Assembly: GCA_963705725.1 (NCBI GenBank)
Contig: CAVPKM010000017.1
Location: 1-64,000, forward strand
DNA: 64,000 nucleotides
Reading direction: 5' to 3'
DNA from: an uncultured Gammaproteobacteria bacterium
Lineage (GTDB): Bacteria; Pseudomonadota; Gammaproteobacteria; UBA6002
Shown: positions 63,202 through 64,000 of the stretch, piece by piece
Numbering within the stretch: the first letter of the stretch is position 1
Layout: every line of letters starts with the position of its first letter
The notes under the pieces: generated by a model
Told to the model about the DNA's origin: nothing
Seen by the model: only the letters and a program-made list of their open reading frames with translations
Database searches by the model: none
Translations under genes and position numbers: made by a program

Positions 63202-64000
63202 CTATCGATTAATGCTATGTCGTGATTCAGCATCATAATCGTAATCCTCTTTTTGCTTGTCTTGAGAGGTAGCCGTCGGCTTGGAGTTAAAAAATGTGCC
63301 ATATTGTTGCGTAATACGGTGTGCTTTTTTATAAGTGTCTGTTTTAAAATCACTTTTCGTGCCTGTGACTGCGCTCTTAAACTTGTGCCATGCCGATTTA
63401 ATAAAATTGGGAATAACAAAGAAGCCGGTCCCTCTAGATTGGTACTGTTTATCAAGATAGTTGGTCGCCATTAATAGCTCATCCCAGGAAGCGGCCTCCT
63501 TGAATTGTTGCTTGCTTGCTGTTAATGCGTCTTTATTTTTCGCTGTTTGGGAAAAGGTTTTTTCTTGTTGAGTGTAATCCATGAGAAGCGATAATTTCTC
63601 TTTGGCTTCTTCCAGCTTATGTTGACTCTGTTGACCCTGACTATATAGCTGTTTTTCAGCGGGTTGCCACTTAGCAGTGTTTGGCTGGTAGGAACAATTT
63701 ATGTCTAGTTTATAAAGGTGATGACTAAATTCAGTAACCAACTGTTTACTATAATTTATATTACTTTTTTTAAAAAAAGACTGAGTAAGTCGATCTAATA
63801 CTTGCTTATAAGAGTAATTTTGACCTTCTTTGATATAAATCGGGTCATCGAGTTTTACCTGGTTTGTTGTCAACAACACCGTGATTGCCTTCAAAATTTC
63901 TACTAAGCGGAAGTCTTCATAAAAATTAGGCGGATCAGTTTTTTCTTCAATTGTCGATATTCCAATTTTATCAGATACATAATAAGCGAGATTTCGTAGT
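63202..64000 (-). CDS. Hypothetical protein, 5'-partial, effector-like C-terminus
   Basis: Frame stays open from the window end to the stop at 63202; GFF/TFF motifs and a charged tail. Confidence 0.7.
   Translation of the reverse strand, partial: LRNLAYYVSDKIGISTIEEKTDPPNFYEDFRLVEILKAITVLLTTNQVKLDDPIYIKEGQNYSYKQVLDRLTQSFFKKSNINYSKQLVTEFSHHLYKLDINCSYQPNTAKWQPAEKQLYSQGQQSQHKLEEAKEKLSLLMDYTQQEKTFSQTAKNKDALTASKQQFKEAASWDELLMATNYLDKQYQSRGTGFFVIPNFIKSAWHKFKSAVTGTKSDFKTDTYKKAHRITQQYGTFFNSKPTATSQDKQKEDYDYDAESRHSINR

Overview
AT-rich gammaproteobacterial chromosome segment, inferred to be a Legionellales/Coxiellaceae-like intracellular bacterium from gene order, PmrA-like boxes and effector-like proteins. 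The core backbone is rpoD-dnaG-yqeY-rpsU, tsaD/plsY, orn, pncB-rlmJ, nnr-tsaE-amiB-mutL, miaA-hfq-hflX-purA, tRNA-Leu, rnr, queC, mltB-rodA-mrdA-rlmH-rsfS, nadD and holA-lptE-leuS. It is interspersed with large orphan, probably secreted effector-like genes. The most striking accessory structure is a tandem array of three Rpn (YhgA-like PD-(D/E)XK) genes on a 1554-bp period. Each gene has an internal RpnS-type start, and each is preceded (copies 1-2 also followed) by a ~170-bp rod-shaped palindromic MITE. This MITE family has GTAAC...GTTAC ends and perfect 8-bp target duplications (IS66-like signature). It occurs at least 8 times with both ends recognisable, plus remnants, mostly at gene ends. 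A second, ERIC-like TATACCCTTCG element supplies the identical YPS* C-termini of HflX and NadD. Other oddities are a catalytically degenerate MobH/TraI_2 relaxase beside leuS, an orphan DUF397 gene and a decayed VapC. Several frameshifts, including one in essential rpoD, suggest assembly indel errors. All family assignments are by eye from motifs; no searches were run.
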